A DNA stretch of 44,856 bases from a bacterium (GTDB lineage: Bacteria > JAMCPX01). The notes beneath the pieces were generated by a model. That model was not told the origin of the DNA. It made no database searches and saw only the letters and a program-made list of their open reading frames with translations. The position numbers and the translations under genes were made by a program. Location: assembly GCA_037439545.1 (NCBI GenBank), contig JBBIVV010000015.1:5460-50315 (forward strand). Reading direction: 5' to 3'. Within the stretch, counting starts at the first letter, position 1; each line of letters opens with the position of its first letter. Positions 28,219 to 37,660 of the stretch are shown here, piece by piece.

Positions 28219-30315
28219 TCAATGTCCTATGGTACCGAGGCCCGTGAGCGTCAGATATACACTTATTGTATTGAGGGCTGGGGTAAGCGGCCTCTGGATG
28301 TAGGATGCATCTATGTTCCAGCAGTTGGCGCTTGTGCCGAACCTTATTCCGTAAACACCCTGAATAAGGGTACGGTTAAAGAATGAATAATTGGCACTGC
28401 CGTAAAATGAGAAGTGCGGTGAAAGTGCAAGATTAAGGTATGCATTGACACTGCTGATCATGGTCCTGAAGTATGAATAGCTGAGTGACATACTATCTCC
28501 TCTTAAATCATTCGCAGATTCTATGACCGTAGTCTGGGTAGGACTGAGAGTAGCGGGATCGACCGACATATTCAGGTTTGTGCTTAAAAAATGAGGAGGC
28601 TGGATAACCAGTAAGAGGTTTATCGGCAAGAGCGGTTTTCTTTTATCCGTGGAGGTCGTTAATGACCTTGCAGCCTCTATGAAATCATACCCAGAGTATA
28701 CGTCAAACTTGCCTATCACAGGATATGAGACCGTATTTTCGTAAGGCTTTATCTTGCCGATAAAGCTGTTCCTTATGCCTGCATTGATATATCTTATTTC
28801 ATGTGCTCTGCTTTCTACTTCGTCGAAGGTATTGAGCTCGTCATCAGCCATTGTATGGTTTGCCGTGATGCTCACAAACGGCATTGCTATATGCTTGACA
28901 CCTTGCAGGGATGCAACCTTTATATCCAAAACCCTTGACAGCTTCGTAGACACCTCTGCCGAGAGAGATGCTTCAAGTATTTTACCGGGCTTATAAATAC
29001 CGTACGTACCTGCGTTGTAAAAATAAGCCATGTAGTGTGCCTCCGAATTAAAATAAAGATAATCCCCTGCGGTAAACGGAAGATAAAGTCCGGGGATCAA
29101 TCCATATCTCTGTCCCTTCGGCAGGGCAGGATCGGAACGTTCGAAGTTTTCAATAGTTGTATTGAATTCTGCATACAGCGGCACGAACGGCATTAGACGT
29201 ACAGGGAAATAGCTGAAAGAGCCGAACGGCAATTGCTGCAGTGTTGCATCATTGTTGGGTGCCCACATGTCTTCAAGGTATATGAGTGAGGCGAGTGCAT
29301 CAGCATCGTCAAAGTTCTTCTGAAGGGTAAATTCTGATTCGACATACTCGACCGACGACTTCTCAAGCAGGGTTGAAAAATCATTGAGGTATTGCCGGTC
29401 ACTGTAATAATTGAGCAAACCTTTTGAAAACACACCGCCAACAATGTCCTGATAATAATTTGCGTCCAGATAATACCTGTCCCTTTTGTAGGGCATGAAC
29501 AGCTCCTTAAAATATCTGGCACCGAATTCCCCGCTGTCTTTGACTGTTTTGGCATACCTGAAATCTGCACCAACCCCAAGCCCTCTCTTGGTCATAGCAT
29601 CGAGATAAAACGTCGCATCCTTGTCCTGTGAGATTACCCAAAAATAGGGCAGGCTGATTGTAAATCCGTTTAATCCGGAATAAGTGTAATTCGGTACAAG
29701 CAGCCCTGATTCCCTGTTGGTTTTTACAGGGATAGTTGCCCACGGTATATAGAGGATGGGCAGGTTTTTTACTTTAAAGATTGCGTTCTTAATGGTTGCA
29801 TATCCTCCAAGTGTTGCATCGATATAAGTCGCGTTGATGTCCCAAGCAGGCTTTGTCAGATCGCATTTGCACGTGGTAAGCGAGCCGTCCTCTACGAGAA
29901 AATGCACATCCGACAGCTTTCTTATGAGCTTTCCTTGTATTGTATACTCGCCGCCCTCGATGGATATGTAGCCGTTATGGATAACTCCCGTCTGGGTGGA
30001 AAGGTTCATCTCCAGCTTATCGGCACTGATTACCTCTCTTGCAACGGTCCAGTGCACCTTGCCTTCCGCATTTACCTCATATGTTCTCGAATTGAATACT
30101 ATGTGACTGGCTGATACTGCAGCATCGCCTTTCGAGATCTTAACATTACCCTCTGCATCATAGATACCTGTTTTATCGTTATAGTTTATTGTATCAGCAC
30201 TGAATTTGATAACGCCATTCTGTGTCAAAAGGGACGACATATCCATCGCCCTTGCGTCCGGTACTGCAAGCATGGATAAAAATAATATTATGAAGAAAAC
30301 GGTATTCCGCACCAT
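28219..30315 (-). CDS. lptD: LPS-assembly outer-membrane protein LptD
   Basis: Signal peptide; OstA-like SADTINY...AEGNV; TTC.C...PAW; RESGLLVP; PYFWVI; C-terminal NCW beta-barrel. Confidence 0.9.
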   Translation of the reverse strand: MVRNTVFFIILFLSMLAVPDARAMDMSSLLTQNGVIKFSADTINYNDKTGIYDAEGNVKISKGDAAVSASHIVFNSRTYEVNAEGKVHWTVAREVISADKLEMNLSTQTGVIHNGYISIEGGEYTIQGKLIRKLSDVHFLVEDGSLTTCKCDLTKPAWDINATYIDATLGGYATIKNAIFKVKNLPILYIPWATIPVKTNRESGLLVPNYTYSGLNGFTISLPYFWVISQDKDATFYLDAMTKRGLGVGADFRYAKTVKDSGEFGARYFKELFMPYKRDRYYLDANYYQDIVGGVFSKGLLNYYSDRQYLNDFSTLLEKSSVEYVESEFTLQKNFDDADALASLIYLEDMWAPNNDATLQQLPFGSFSYFPVRLMPFVPLYAEFNTTIENFERSDPALPKGQRYGLIPGLYLPFTAGDYLYFNSEAHYMAYFYNAGTYGIYKPGKILEASLSAEVSTKLSRVLDIKVASLQGVKHIAMPFVSITANHTMADDELNTFDEVESRAHEIRYINAGIRNSFIGKIKPYENTVSYPVIGKFDVYSGYDFIEAARSLTTSTDKRKPLLPINLLLVIQPPHFLSTNLNMSVDPATLSPTQTTVIESANDLRGDSMSLSYSYFRTMISSVNAYLNLALSPHFSFYGSANYSFFNRTLIQGVYGIRFGTSANCWNIDASYIQRPLTPALNTISVYLTLTGLGTIGH

Positions 30316-30372
30316 AGAGTGCAATTAGCATACACCGTATGACTTGTTCAATACAAAGCGAGAAGATACAAT

Positions 30373-30424
30373 AAAAAAGGGCGAACGGGGAACCCACGCG
30401 GGGCGTGGGCCGGGGTCGCCCTTT
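30373..30424 (-). terminator. Extended two-stem terminator hairpin after the bacterioferritin gene
   Basis: Minus strand AAAGGGCGA...CCCACGC-CCC-GCGTGGG...TCGCCCTTTTTT. Confidence 0.75.
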
Positions 30425-30446
30425 CATGATCATCCGAATAACTTTT

Positions 30447-30863
30447 TTACTTTTCCGCCAGAGTCGTAAACGTGTTGTGGTGGTCTTCTTCATCCTCAAG
30501 AATGCCCTCGAACAGCTTCTTTGTTACCACATCACCTTCGGCAGCGGCGACCTTAATAATCTCCTTATAAAGCTCTATTGCATCTTCCTCAGCCTTTATG
30601 TCGGCATTCAGTATCTGTTTCAGATCACCGCTTATTTCTATAGGTGTCGGTTTTATAGTCGGCACACCTCCGAGGTAATCAAGCCTTTCTGCAATATCTT
30701 CTGCGTGTTTCATCTCCTGAATGGCTATTTTTTTTATCGGGTCTCCGACAGCATCGGCAAATGGCCCCCTTATCATTACATGCTGCCACATGTACTGAAT
30801 GCATACCTGAAGCTCCCTTGCAATCGCATCATTCAATTTGTCCAAAAGTCTTTTACTTGCCAT
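30447..30863 (-). CDS. Short bacterioferritin-like di-iron protein
   Basis: 138 aa; RE...QY...QEMKHAE..AERL.YLGG.P...AEEDA...DEEDH ferroxidase ligands; SD AAGGAGG. Confidence 0.88.
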   Translation of the reverse strand: MASKRLLDKLNDAIARELQVCIQYMWQHVMIRGPFADAVGDPIKKIAIQEMKHAEDIAERLDYLGGVPTIKPTPIEISGDLKQILNADIKAEEDAIELYKEIIKVAAAEGDVVTKKLFEGILEDEEDHHNTFTTLAEK

Positions 30864-30890
30864 ATATCCTCCTTTTTAAGGATGATTATA

Positions 30891-30913
30891 TACTTTAAAA
30901 TGATTGTAAAGTA
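30891..30913. promoter_or_regulatory. PerR/Fur-family-like operator upstream of the bacterioferritin gene
   Basis: TACTTTAAAATGATTGTAAAGTA, an 11-1-11 inverted repeat with one mismatch. Core TTACAAT-C-ATTTTAA versus Per box TTATAAT-N-ATTATAA. It abuts TATAAT at 30890-30885. Confidence 0.7.
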
Positions 30914-30925
30914 AAACCGTATTGA

Positions 30926-31642
30926 CTAAACTGCAATTGCCCTGAGAAACTGTTGTTTCATCGATGCAAGCGCTCCATCATCTGCAAAGCTGAAATAGTC
31001 TTCAGCCCCGATTATTATATGGTCATGCAGCACCATGTTCGATAATTCTCCCAGTACCAGTATATTCATAGTCAGCCGCTTATCCTCTATGCTCGGCGAT
31101 GTGCCGCCGGACGGATGGTTGTGAGAAAGGATAATTCCCGTTGCCGACGATCTTATCGCAAGTTCCATTAATTCCCTCGGATACATGGAAGCGGCATTTA
31201 CAGTACCCTCTCCTATCCTCCTGATTTCAATAATATCGTTGCGGCTGTTTAAAAATATGACCACAAAATTTTCTTTCGGAAGGGACCTGATCATCGGTTC
31301 CAGTATTATAAAGGCGTCCTTTGAATTTGTGATCCTGCGTTTTACGGCCCTGCTGGTGTATATCGCCCTCCTCCCTATCTCAACCGCTGCCTTCAGTTTC
31401 GTCGCCTTTACGGTACTCATACCGCCGATGCGTACAAGCTCGTCGATACCTGTCTTTTCAATGCCTGCAATACCGCCGCACCTGTTTATCAGTTCAAGGG
31501 CAAGCGCAAAGACATCTTTGCCCTTTGTTCCTGTCTGAAGTATTATGGAAAGAAGTTCTGTCTCGCTCAGCAACTGTGCACCTGAGTTCAATAGCTTTTC
31601 TCTTGGCATGTCTTCAGCAGGCCTGTTTTTAAAGTTATTCAT
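30926..31642 (-). CDS. radC: RadC (JAB/MPN domain) protein
   Basis: PREKL...LSETELL.IIL.TG; HNHPSG...PS.ED; DHIIIG. Confidence 0.96.
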   Translation of the reverse strand: MNNFKNRPAEDMPREKLLNSGAQLLSETELLSIILQTGTKGKDVFALALELINRCGGIAGIEKTGIDELVRIGGMSTVKATKLKAAVEIGRRAIYTSRAVKRRITNSKDAFIILEPMIRSLPKENFVVIFLNSRNDIIEIRRIGEGTVNAASMYPRELMELAIRSSATGIILSHNHPSGGTSPSIEDKRLTMNILVLGELSNMVLHDHIIIGAEDYFSFADDGALASMKQQFLRAIAV

Positions 31643-31685
31643 GTTTTAATTGCGTTTATAATATTATTATACTAATGTCATCTGT

Positions 31686-33233
31686 ATGGGTTTTGTCAAT
31701 TATTCCAAAGTTTTAAGTTCTGCGTTATACGGCGTGGATGCTTCACTTGTAGAAGTGGAGACGGATATCGCCAATGGCCTGCCGTCTTTTACGATTGTCG
31801 GCCTGCCCGATGGCGCGGTAAAAGAGAGTAAAGAACGCATAAAAAGCGCCATTCACAACACCGGGTATACTATTCCTCCAAAAAGGATAACGGTCAATCT
31901 TGCACCGGCGCATATAAAAAAGGAAGGCTCTGCATTTGATCTTCCGATTTGTATTGGCCTGCTCACAGCTCTCGGTGTCATTGAATTAAACAACATAGAA
32001 GGCGTTTTGATCCTCGGAGAGCTTTCCCTTGACGGCATAATCAAGCCAGTCAAAGGGTCTCTTTCTGCAGCTACCATGGCAGTAGACAGGGGGTTGAGCA
32101 GTATCATTGTTCCAAAGGGCAATGGAGGTGAAGCGGCAATTGTCGACGGCATAAAGGTTTACGAAACAGGACATCTTTCTGAGGTCGTAAGCCTGCTGCG
32201 CGGAGAACTCTCGATGCATCCACTGAAGACCGACCATGCCTATCTGAGCGACAATTCGTCTGTTTATGACGTTGACTTCAATGAGGTAAAAGGCCAGGAG
32301 CATGCAAAGCGGGCACTTGAGATAGCTGCGGCAGGCGGACACAACGTACTGATGATCGGCCCCCCCGGCTCCGGCAAGACCATGCTTGCCATGCGGCTCC
32401 CTGCAATCCTCCCGCGCATGACTTTCAAAGAAGCGATAGAAACGACAAAGATCCACAGTGTAGCGGGCATACTCGGTCATGGCACTGCTCTTATGGTAAG
32501 AAGACCGTTCCGTTCACCCCACCATACAATCTCTGATGTAGGACTCGTCGGGGGCACACAGCAGCCAAAGCCCGGAGAGGTCAGCCTTGCGCACAATGGC
32601 GTGCTTTTTCTGGATGAACTTCCCGAATTCAAAAGGAATGCGCTTGAGGCGCTCCGCCAGCCTCTTGAGGACGGACACGTTACCATATCAAGGGCACAGC
32701 AAACCCTTACCTTTCCTTCGAGATTTATGCTTGTCTCTGCGATGAATCCCTGCCAGTGCGGATACTATGGAGATCCCCATCACCAGTGCACCTGCACCGT
32801 ATCTTCAATACTGAAGTATCGTTCAAGGATATCGGGTCCCCTGCTGGACAGGTTTGATATACAGATCGACGTGCCTGCGGTGAGATTTACAGATATCATA
32901 AGAGAAGGTTCCCAGGAATCTTCAGTCCATATACTCGAAAGGGTCGAGCAGGCAAGGACCATACAGCAGGAACGCTTCAAAGGATTAAAAATATTTTCGA
33001 ACACCCAGATGATGTCCAGACATATAAAGAAATTCTGTAAATTGGACGAGGCATCCATAAGCCTTCTCTCATCCGCCATTGAAAGGATGGGGCTTTCGGC
33101 AAGGGCGTACACAAGACTTATAAAAGTTGCGAGGACCATTGCCGATCTCGACGGTGTCCCTGATATCAGATCACATCATATAGCGGAAGCGATCCAGTAC
33201 CGCAGCCTCGACAGGGCGCCGCTCGGGCTGTAA
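31686..33233 (+). CDS. comM: YifB/ComM Mg-chelatase-like AAA+ ATPase
   Basis: IVGLPD.AVKES.ER, NLAPA..KKEGS.FDL, GPPGSGKTML, PGEVSLAHNGVLFLDE, LSARAY.R..KVARTIADL. Confidence 0.95.
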   Translation: MGFVNYSKVLSSALYGVDASLVEVETDIANGLPSFTIVGLPDGAVKESKERIKSAIHNTGYTIPPKRITVNLAPAHIKKEGSAFDLPICIGLLTALGVIELNNIEGVLILGELSLDGIIKPVKGSLSAATMAVDRGLSSIIVPKGNGGEAAIVDGIKVYETGHLSEVVSLLRGELSMHPLKTDHAYLSDNSSVYDVDFNEVKGQEHAKRALEIAAAGGHNVLMIGPPGSGKTMLAMRLPAILPRMTFKEAIETTKIHSVAGILGHGTALMVRRPFRSPHHTISDVGLVGGTQQPKPGEVSLAHNGVLFLDELPEFKRNALEALRQPLEDGHVTISRAQQTLTFPSRFMLVSAMNPCQCGYYGDPHHQCTCTVSSILKYRSRISGPLLDRFDIQIDVPAVRFTDIIREGSQESSVHILERVEQARTIQQERFKGLKIFSNTQMMSRHIKKFCKLDEASISLLSSAIERMGLSARAYTRLIKVARTIADLDGVPDIRSHHIAEAIQYRSLDRAPLGL

Positions 33234-33333
33234 CACCCGCAACATTGACCCTGCGTCTTTTAACGGACCTGGAGCAAGGCATGGTGGGGTAAAGGTTGTC
33301 ATTTCCCGCTTGTATGCTTACACTATTTATATC

Positions 33334-34260
33334 ATGGAGAAAAGAGGACTTCAGGACAGAATACGCAGACTGGTGAAGGAAAAGAACGCCGTCCTGCTGG
33401 CGCATAACTATCAGAGAGCAGAAATACAGGAGATAGCCGATCTTACCGGCGATTCCTATGAGTTGAGCGTAAAAGCATCAAAGACTGATGCCGGCATTAT
33501 AGTGTTCTGCGGTGTAAGGTTCATGGCAGAGAGCGCCAAAATACTTTCACCCGGCAAGACAGTCCTTCTGCCCAATGCCCATGCAGGCTGTCCCATGGCA
33601 GATATGATTACCTCGCAGGAGCTTGAAAAACTGAGGGGAGATTATCCCGGTGCCTTTGTGGTAAGCTATGTAAATACGAATGCCGGCGTCAAGGCACTTT
33701 CGGATGTATGCTGCACGTCGTCGAATGCAGTCAATATCGTAAAATCCGTTCCTGCAAATAAGGTGATCTTTGTCCCTGATAAAAACCTCGGCAATTATGT
33801 CAAACAATTTGTCGATAAGGAAATGATTATCTGGAACGGTTACTGCCCCACACATCACCATATCCACCCTGAGGAGATAGCCCTGTTAAAACAACGCTAT
33901 CCTGATGCGCTGTTTTTGTGTCACCCTGAGTGCAGGCCCGAGGTCGTTGCTCTTGCGGACAAGGTAACATCGACCTCCGGCATTATAAAGTTTGCAAAAG
34001 AAGATCCGCATAAAAGATTTATCATCGGTACCGAGGAGGGGATCCTGTACCAGTTGCGTAAAAACAACCCTGAAAAAGAATTCATACTTGCTTCAAACGG
34101 GTTTATCTGCCCGAACATGAAAAGAACAAGACTTGAAGACATAGTACTTGCCCTCGAAAAAAACCAGCACGAGATAACCCTTTCACCGGCAGTCATAAAA
34201 AAGGCACGTATCCCTCTCGAAAGAATGATTGAGATGAGCGGTGCCGTTGCACAGAAATAA
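33334..34260 (+). CDS. nadA: Quinolinate synthase
   Basis: LAHNYQ, FCGVRFMAE, AGCPMAD, YVNT, PDKNLG, HPEC, CPNMK. Start placed at ATG 33334. Confidence 0.97.
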   Translation: MEKRGLQDRIRRLVKEKNAVLLAHNYQRAEIQEIADLTGDSYELSVKASKTDAGIIVFCGVRFMAESAKILSPGKTVLLPNAHAGCPMADMITSQELEKLRGDYPGAFVVSYVNTNAGVKALSDVCCTSSNAVNIVKSVPANKVIFVPDKNLGNYVKQFVDKEMIIWNGYCPTHHHIHPEEIALLKQRYPDALFLCHPECRPEVVALADKVTSTSGIIKFAKEDPHKRFIIGTEEGILYQLRKNNPEKEFILASNGFICPNMKRTRLEDIVLALEKNQHEITLSPAVIKKARIPLERMIEMSGAVAQK

Positions 34261-34269
34261 CGGTAGAGA

Positions 34270-34326
34270 GTAGGACAGGTATCCTGCCCGCCACATTTTG
34301 CATGTTGGGCAAGTTGCCTCACCTGC
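34270..34326. repeat. Degenerate GTAG-type REP doublet/hairpin between convergent genes
   Basis: GTAGGACAGGTATCCTGCCC ... GGGCAAGTTGCCTCACCTGC imperfect inverted repeat around ACAT-TTTGC-ATGT. Confidence 0.55.
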
Positions 34327-34373
34327 ACATGGATATTTTATTCACCGGAAGAGTTTGCGAGGATTTTTACGGT

Positions 34374-36617
34374 TCAGAAGCTGTATCCTGCGGTGAGATA
34401 ATATGCAACATGCCCGTCCCCTGCCCAACCTGCATCAAACCTTATGGGACTGAGAAACGTATCGAAGTATATTCCAAAATCCAGTCCTGTCTTGAATTTT
34501 GCCTGTGAAATGGAGTTAAACACATCCCCTGATTGAAGATTAACCGCAACGAACCATCTTTTCAGAAAGCTCGATGACGGCTGAGGCATCTTTAACAGAT
34601 ATGATAATGAGCCTGCAGCTAAATCTTTTCCAATAAATTCTTCCCTGTCGTATCCCGCAAGCTGATAATAGCCGTGAACATAGCTCATGCCTCCGAGGCT
34701 GAACGATTCATAGAACGGTACTGTGCCGTTATCAATACCGCCGATATTCGCATCCACGCCGAATGTATGTATGCCGGTGAACGTTTTGTATCCTTTAAAA
34801 GATCCCATAAATCTGTTAAAATTGTAGTAACCACCCGCGGTTGAACGGCCAGGGGAATTAACATTCGAAATTTCCGTATCAAGTAACATACCGTGTAAAG
34901 GGAAGGTCGTATCATCCAGTGTATCATACCTGAATCCAAGACCGGCTGTCTGGGGATTCGAGGCAGGCGGTGAACCGATACTGTTACCGAGTATCTCGCT
35001 TACCTTTACATATTCATACCTGTAGAATGCGAAGAGCATTCCGTTCGTCGAGGTATAATGCCCGGCATCGAACTCTCCTCCCCACTGCGATTGTGCGTAC
35101 AACGATACCTTTCTTTCATTGTTGTATAAGAACAGCTCATTCCTTTTGTAAAATCCTTTCACTCCCATGCCTGTCCCTGTAGAAAGGAGCTCGGGGACTT
35201 CATACCCGATCTGGTAGGTCATGCGCTTGCCGGATATGGTATGAAGATATAACCTCGTACCCGTACCGAGAAAATTATCCATGTTGAAATCTACAAGCTC
35301 TTCGAGCCCTTCGTCCATATCATCCCTCAAGCCGATGCCTATGTAGGTGGTCGGCTTTTCGACTACATGATATTCAAGTATGACTTCATTGCCCGGATGT
35401 TTCTTTATGGTAAAATATACATTCTCGAAATATCCGAGTGCATAGATGCTTTGTTGGTCTGCAATAATCCTGTCCACGTTGAATGCGTCACCCGGCATTA
35501 CGGATATCCTGCGTCTTATTACTCCGTCGCTTGTTTTAACGTTGCCGGTAATCCTTATTTCAGAAATCGAGGGTACATCAGCCGGGTTTATCCCTATTAT
35601 TCTGTGACCGGTGCTGTTCTCCGGAATGCGGGTTTCTGCGGTAATGTCCGAAGTATCATAGGAAACCGGACGGGCAGGCGATATGAGATCGAGTATGCGC
35701 GGTATTGCCTTATACGCAGCGATCCTGCCGAGCGCGACAAGCCTTTCGATATCCTGAAAATCAGCGATGTCATACGAAGATGTGGCAGGCGTTATTACGA
35801 CGTCCGCGTGCTCTGACTCTTCATGAACGGCTGCCGTTTTATATGCATAAAATAGCCTGTTGACAATACCGAGTGCGGATGATGTTTCAGGTTCCTTCTC
35901 ATCCGGTATGACTGACAATACGATGTTCGCTCCCATCTGTTTCAAGAGCCCTACCGGCAGAGGTTCACTCAAAGCACCGTCAACAAGCCGTGTGCCATGG
36001 TACTGAAAAGGCGAGATATAGGGCGGCATAGATATGGTCGCCCTTAGTGCGTTGGAAAGCATTCCGCTATCGAGAGTCACGGGAGAACCATTGTCAAGAG
36101 AGGTTGCCACAATGCGGAGCGGCACGGGGAGTTTATTAAAATCCATGTTCGCATTGTAGGTACACCCCATTGCGTACAGATCAAGGAGTGACAGAATTTT
36201 TTGCGCATAGAGCAGCCCCTTGGGCAGCTCGACACCTGCACCTGAAAAATTTATTCTCAGCAGGTGATAATCGCTGTATTTCCTCTCACCGATAGCTACA
36301 GTGTCCCTCGATGTGCGGTCCTGAAGGTAAGATTCATACTGTATGCGTTGAAACATGCTCTGTATCTCGGATGGAGTATACCCGCAGCTGTAAAGCCCTA
36401 TGATCATTGCTCCAAGGCTTGTGCCTGCTGCGTAACGGACCTTTATGTGATACTCGTTCAGCACCTCCAGCACTCCGATAATTGAGATGGCCGGCGCCCC
36501 AAACCCTGTCACTGCAATCCCGAGCGCCGGCTGCCTGTCCTGCGTATTGCCGGTCTTGCAGAGCAATAATAGAGATGCCGTTATTATTACAGCAGTAATA
36601 ATTTTATTACACTTCAT
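34374..36617 (-). CDS. Patatin-POTRA-Omp85 outer-membrane protein (PlpD-like, type Vd)
   Basis: Signal peptide; patatin GTSLG and VDGA; POTRA IRITGN.KT...IRR...LGYFENV...VVEK; barrel FSLGG and C-terminal AGYSF. Confidence 0.88.
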   Translation of the reverse strand: MKCNKIITAVIITASLLLLCKTGNTQDRQPALGIAVTGFGAPAISIIGVLEVLNEYHIKVRYAAGTSLGAMIIGLYSCGYTPSEIQSMFQRIQYESYLQDRTSRDTVAIGERKYSDYHLLRINFSGAGVELPKGLLYAQKILSLLDLYAMGCTYNANMDFNKLPVPLRIVATSLDNGSPVTLDSGMLSNALRATISMPPYISPFQYHGTRLVDGALSEPLPVGLLKQMGANIVLSVIPDEKEPETSSALGIVNRLFYAYKTAAVHEESEHADVVITPATSSYDIADFQDIERLVALGRIAAYKAIPRILDLISPARPVSYDTSDITAETRIPENSTGHRIIGINPADVPSISEIRITGNVKTSDGVIRRRISVMPGDAFNVDRIIADQQSIYALGYFENVYFTIKKHPGNEVILEYHVVEKPTTYIGIGLRDDMDEGLEELVDFNMDNFLGTGTRLYLHTISGKRMTYQIGYEVPELLSTGTGMGVKGFYKRNELFLYNNERKVSLYAQSQWGGEFDAGHYTSTNGMLFAFYRYEYVKVSEILGNSIGSPPASNPQTAGLGFRYDTLDDTTFPLHGMLLDTEISNVNSPGRSTAGGYYNFNRFMGSFKGYKTFTGIHTFGVDANIGGIDNGTVPFYESFSLGGMSYVHGYYQLAGYDREEFIGKDLAAGSLSYLLKMPQPSSSFLKRWFVAVNLQSGDVFNSISQAKFKTGLDFGIYFDTFLSPIRFDAGWAGDGHVAYYLTAGYSF

Positions 36618-36715
36618 TCACAACTTATATCATCATACGGCAGTGCCTGCAAAGTTTTACAGAACCGTATAAACATGTTTGACAAATTTACGGAATAATT
36701 ATATACAGGAAATTA

Positions 36716-37660
36716 ATGCTGAAAAAATATAAATTATTTTATAAAATAATAGCAGTAATCACGACGTTTGTGTTCGTTTCTTCTGCTCTTGCAGGGGATG
36801 TTGCGATTATAAAAACCCGGAATCTTGCTCCCTACAATGAAGCAATTACGGGGTTTACGATCAACTGTAGCGGAACAAAGACAAAAGAGTACGACATGGA
36901 AGAGAACCAGGCACGCGGCGAGGAGATTGCAGGTCAGATAAACCAGAGCAAACCAACTGTGGTACTTGCCGTGGGCGCCCCGGCAGCACAGATAGCGAGA
37001 CTCTACATAGACAAAACAATCCCGGTTGTATTCATCATGGTACAGAGCCCGGAAAAGATAGGGCTCCAGGGTATCGATAATATGACAGGCATATCCATGA
37101 ACATCCCCGTAGAAACACAGCTCAGGGCCCTCAAAGCTCTGGTCCCGGCTGTAACGAAGGTCGGCGTGATCTACAATCCTAAAAACAGCTTCAATGATAT
37201 AAAAGAAGCAATGAAGATCTCCAGTCAGCTCGGTTTCAGGATGATAGCTGCAAAGATAGACACCCCGAATGACGTTACGAGAGCACTCAGGGCATTCGCA
37301 GAAGGCATCGATGCATACTGGATGCTGCCGGACATAACGGTCCTGCAGGCTTTTGCAACAATCCTCAGTTACACCAATGACAGGAAAATACCGTTTCTTG
37401 CCTCTTCAAAGATAATGGTGGACAAAGGAGCACTCGTGTCCCTTGCACCGAACTATGCTAACATAGGGAGTCAGGGCTGCGGTATCGTGAACCGGTTAAT
37501 CGGCGGCCTAAAGCCATCGCAGATACCGATCTCTTCGCCGAAAGGATTGGAACTTACGGTTAACCTCACCGCTGCCAAGTCACTCGGCCTGCAGAGTATT
37601 GCAACAAACGCCATGACCTTTGCCGCATCAGAAGGCTACAAGATCAGTATATCGCAGTAA
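36716..37660 (+). CDS. Orphan ABC-type substrate-binding protein (ABC_sub_bind-like)
   Basis: Signal peptide; PVVF.MV..P, NMTGIS, VGVIYNP, WMLPD, G.K....P.....L.VNL.AAK.LG. Confidence 0.82.
   Translation: MLKKYKLFYKIIAVITTFVFVSSALAGDVAIIKTRNLAPYNEAITGFTINCSGTKTKEYDMEENQARGEEIAGQINQSKPTVVLAVGAPAAQIARLYIDKTIPVVFIMVQSPEKIGLQGIDNMTGISMNIPVETQLRALKALVPAVTKVGVIYNPKNSFNDIKEAMKISSQLGFRMIAAKIDTPNDVTRALRAFAEGIDAYWMLPDITVLQAFATILSYTNDRKIPFLASSKIMVDKGALVSLAPNYANIGSQGCGIVNRLIGGLKPSQIPISSPKGLELTVNLTAAKSLGLQSIATNAMTFAASEGYKISISQ

Noticed and set aside
30926..31642. radC as a marker of a mobile element
   Set aside because: It is the full-length chromosomal type with its N-terminal domain; no integrase, att site or cargo genes are nearby.
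33234..33333. NAD+ riboswitch upstream of nadA
   Set aside because: No recognisable motif, and the predicted promoter leaves almost no leader.
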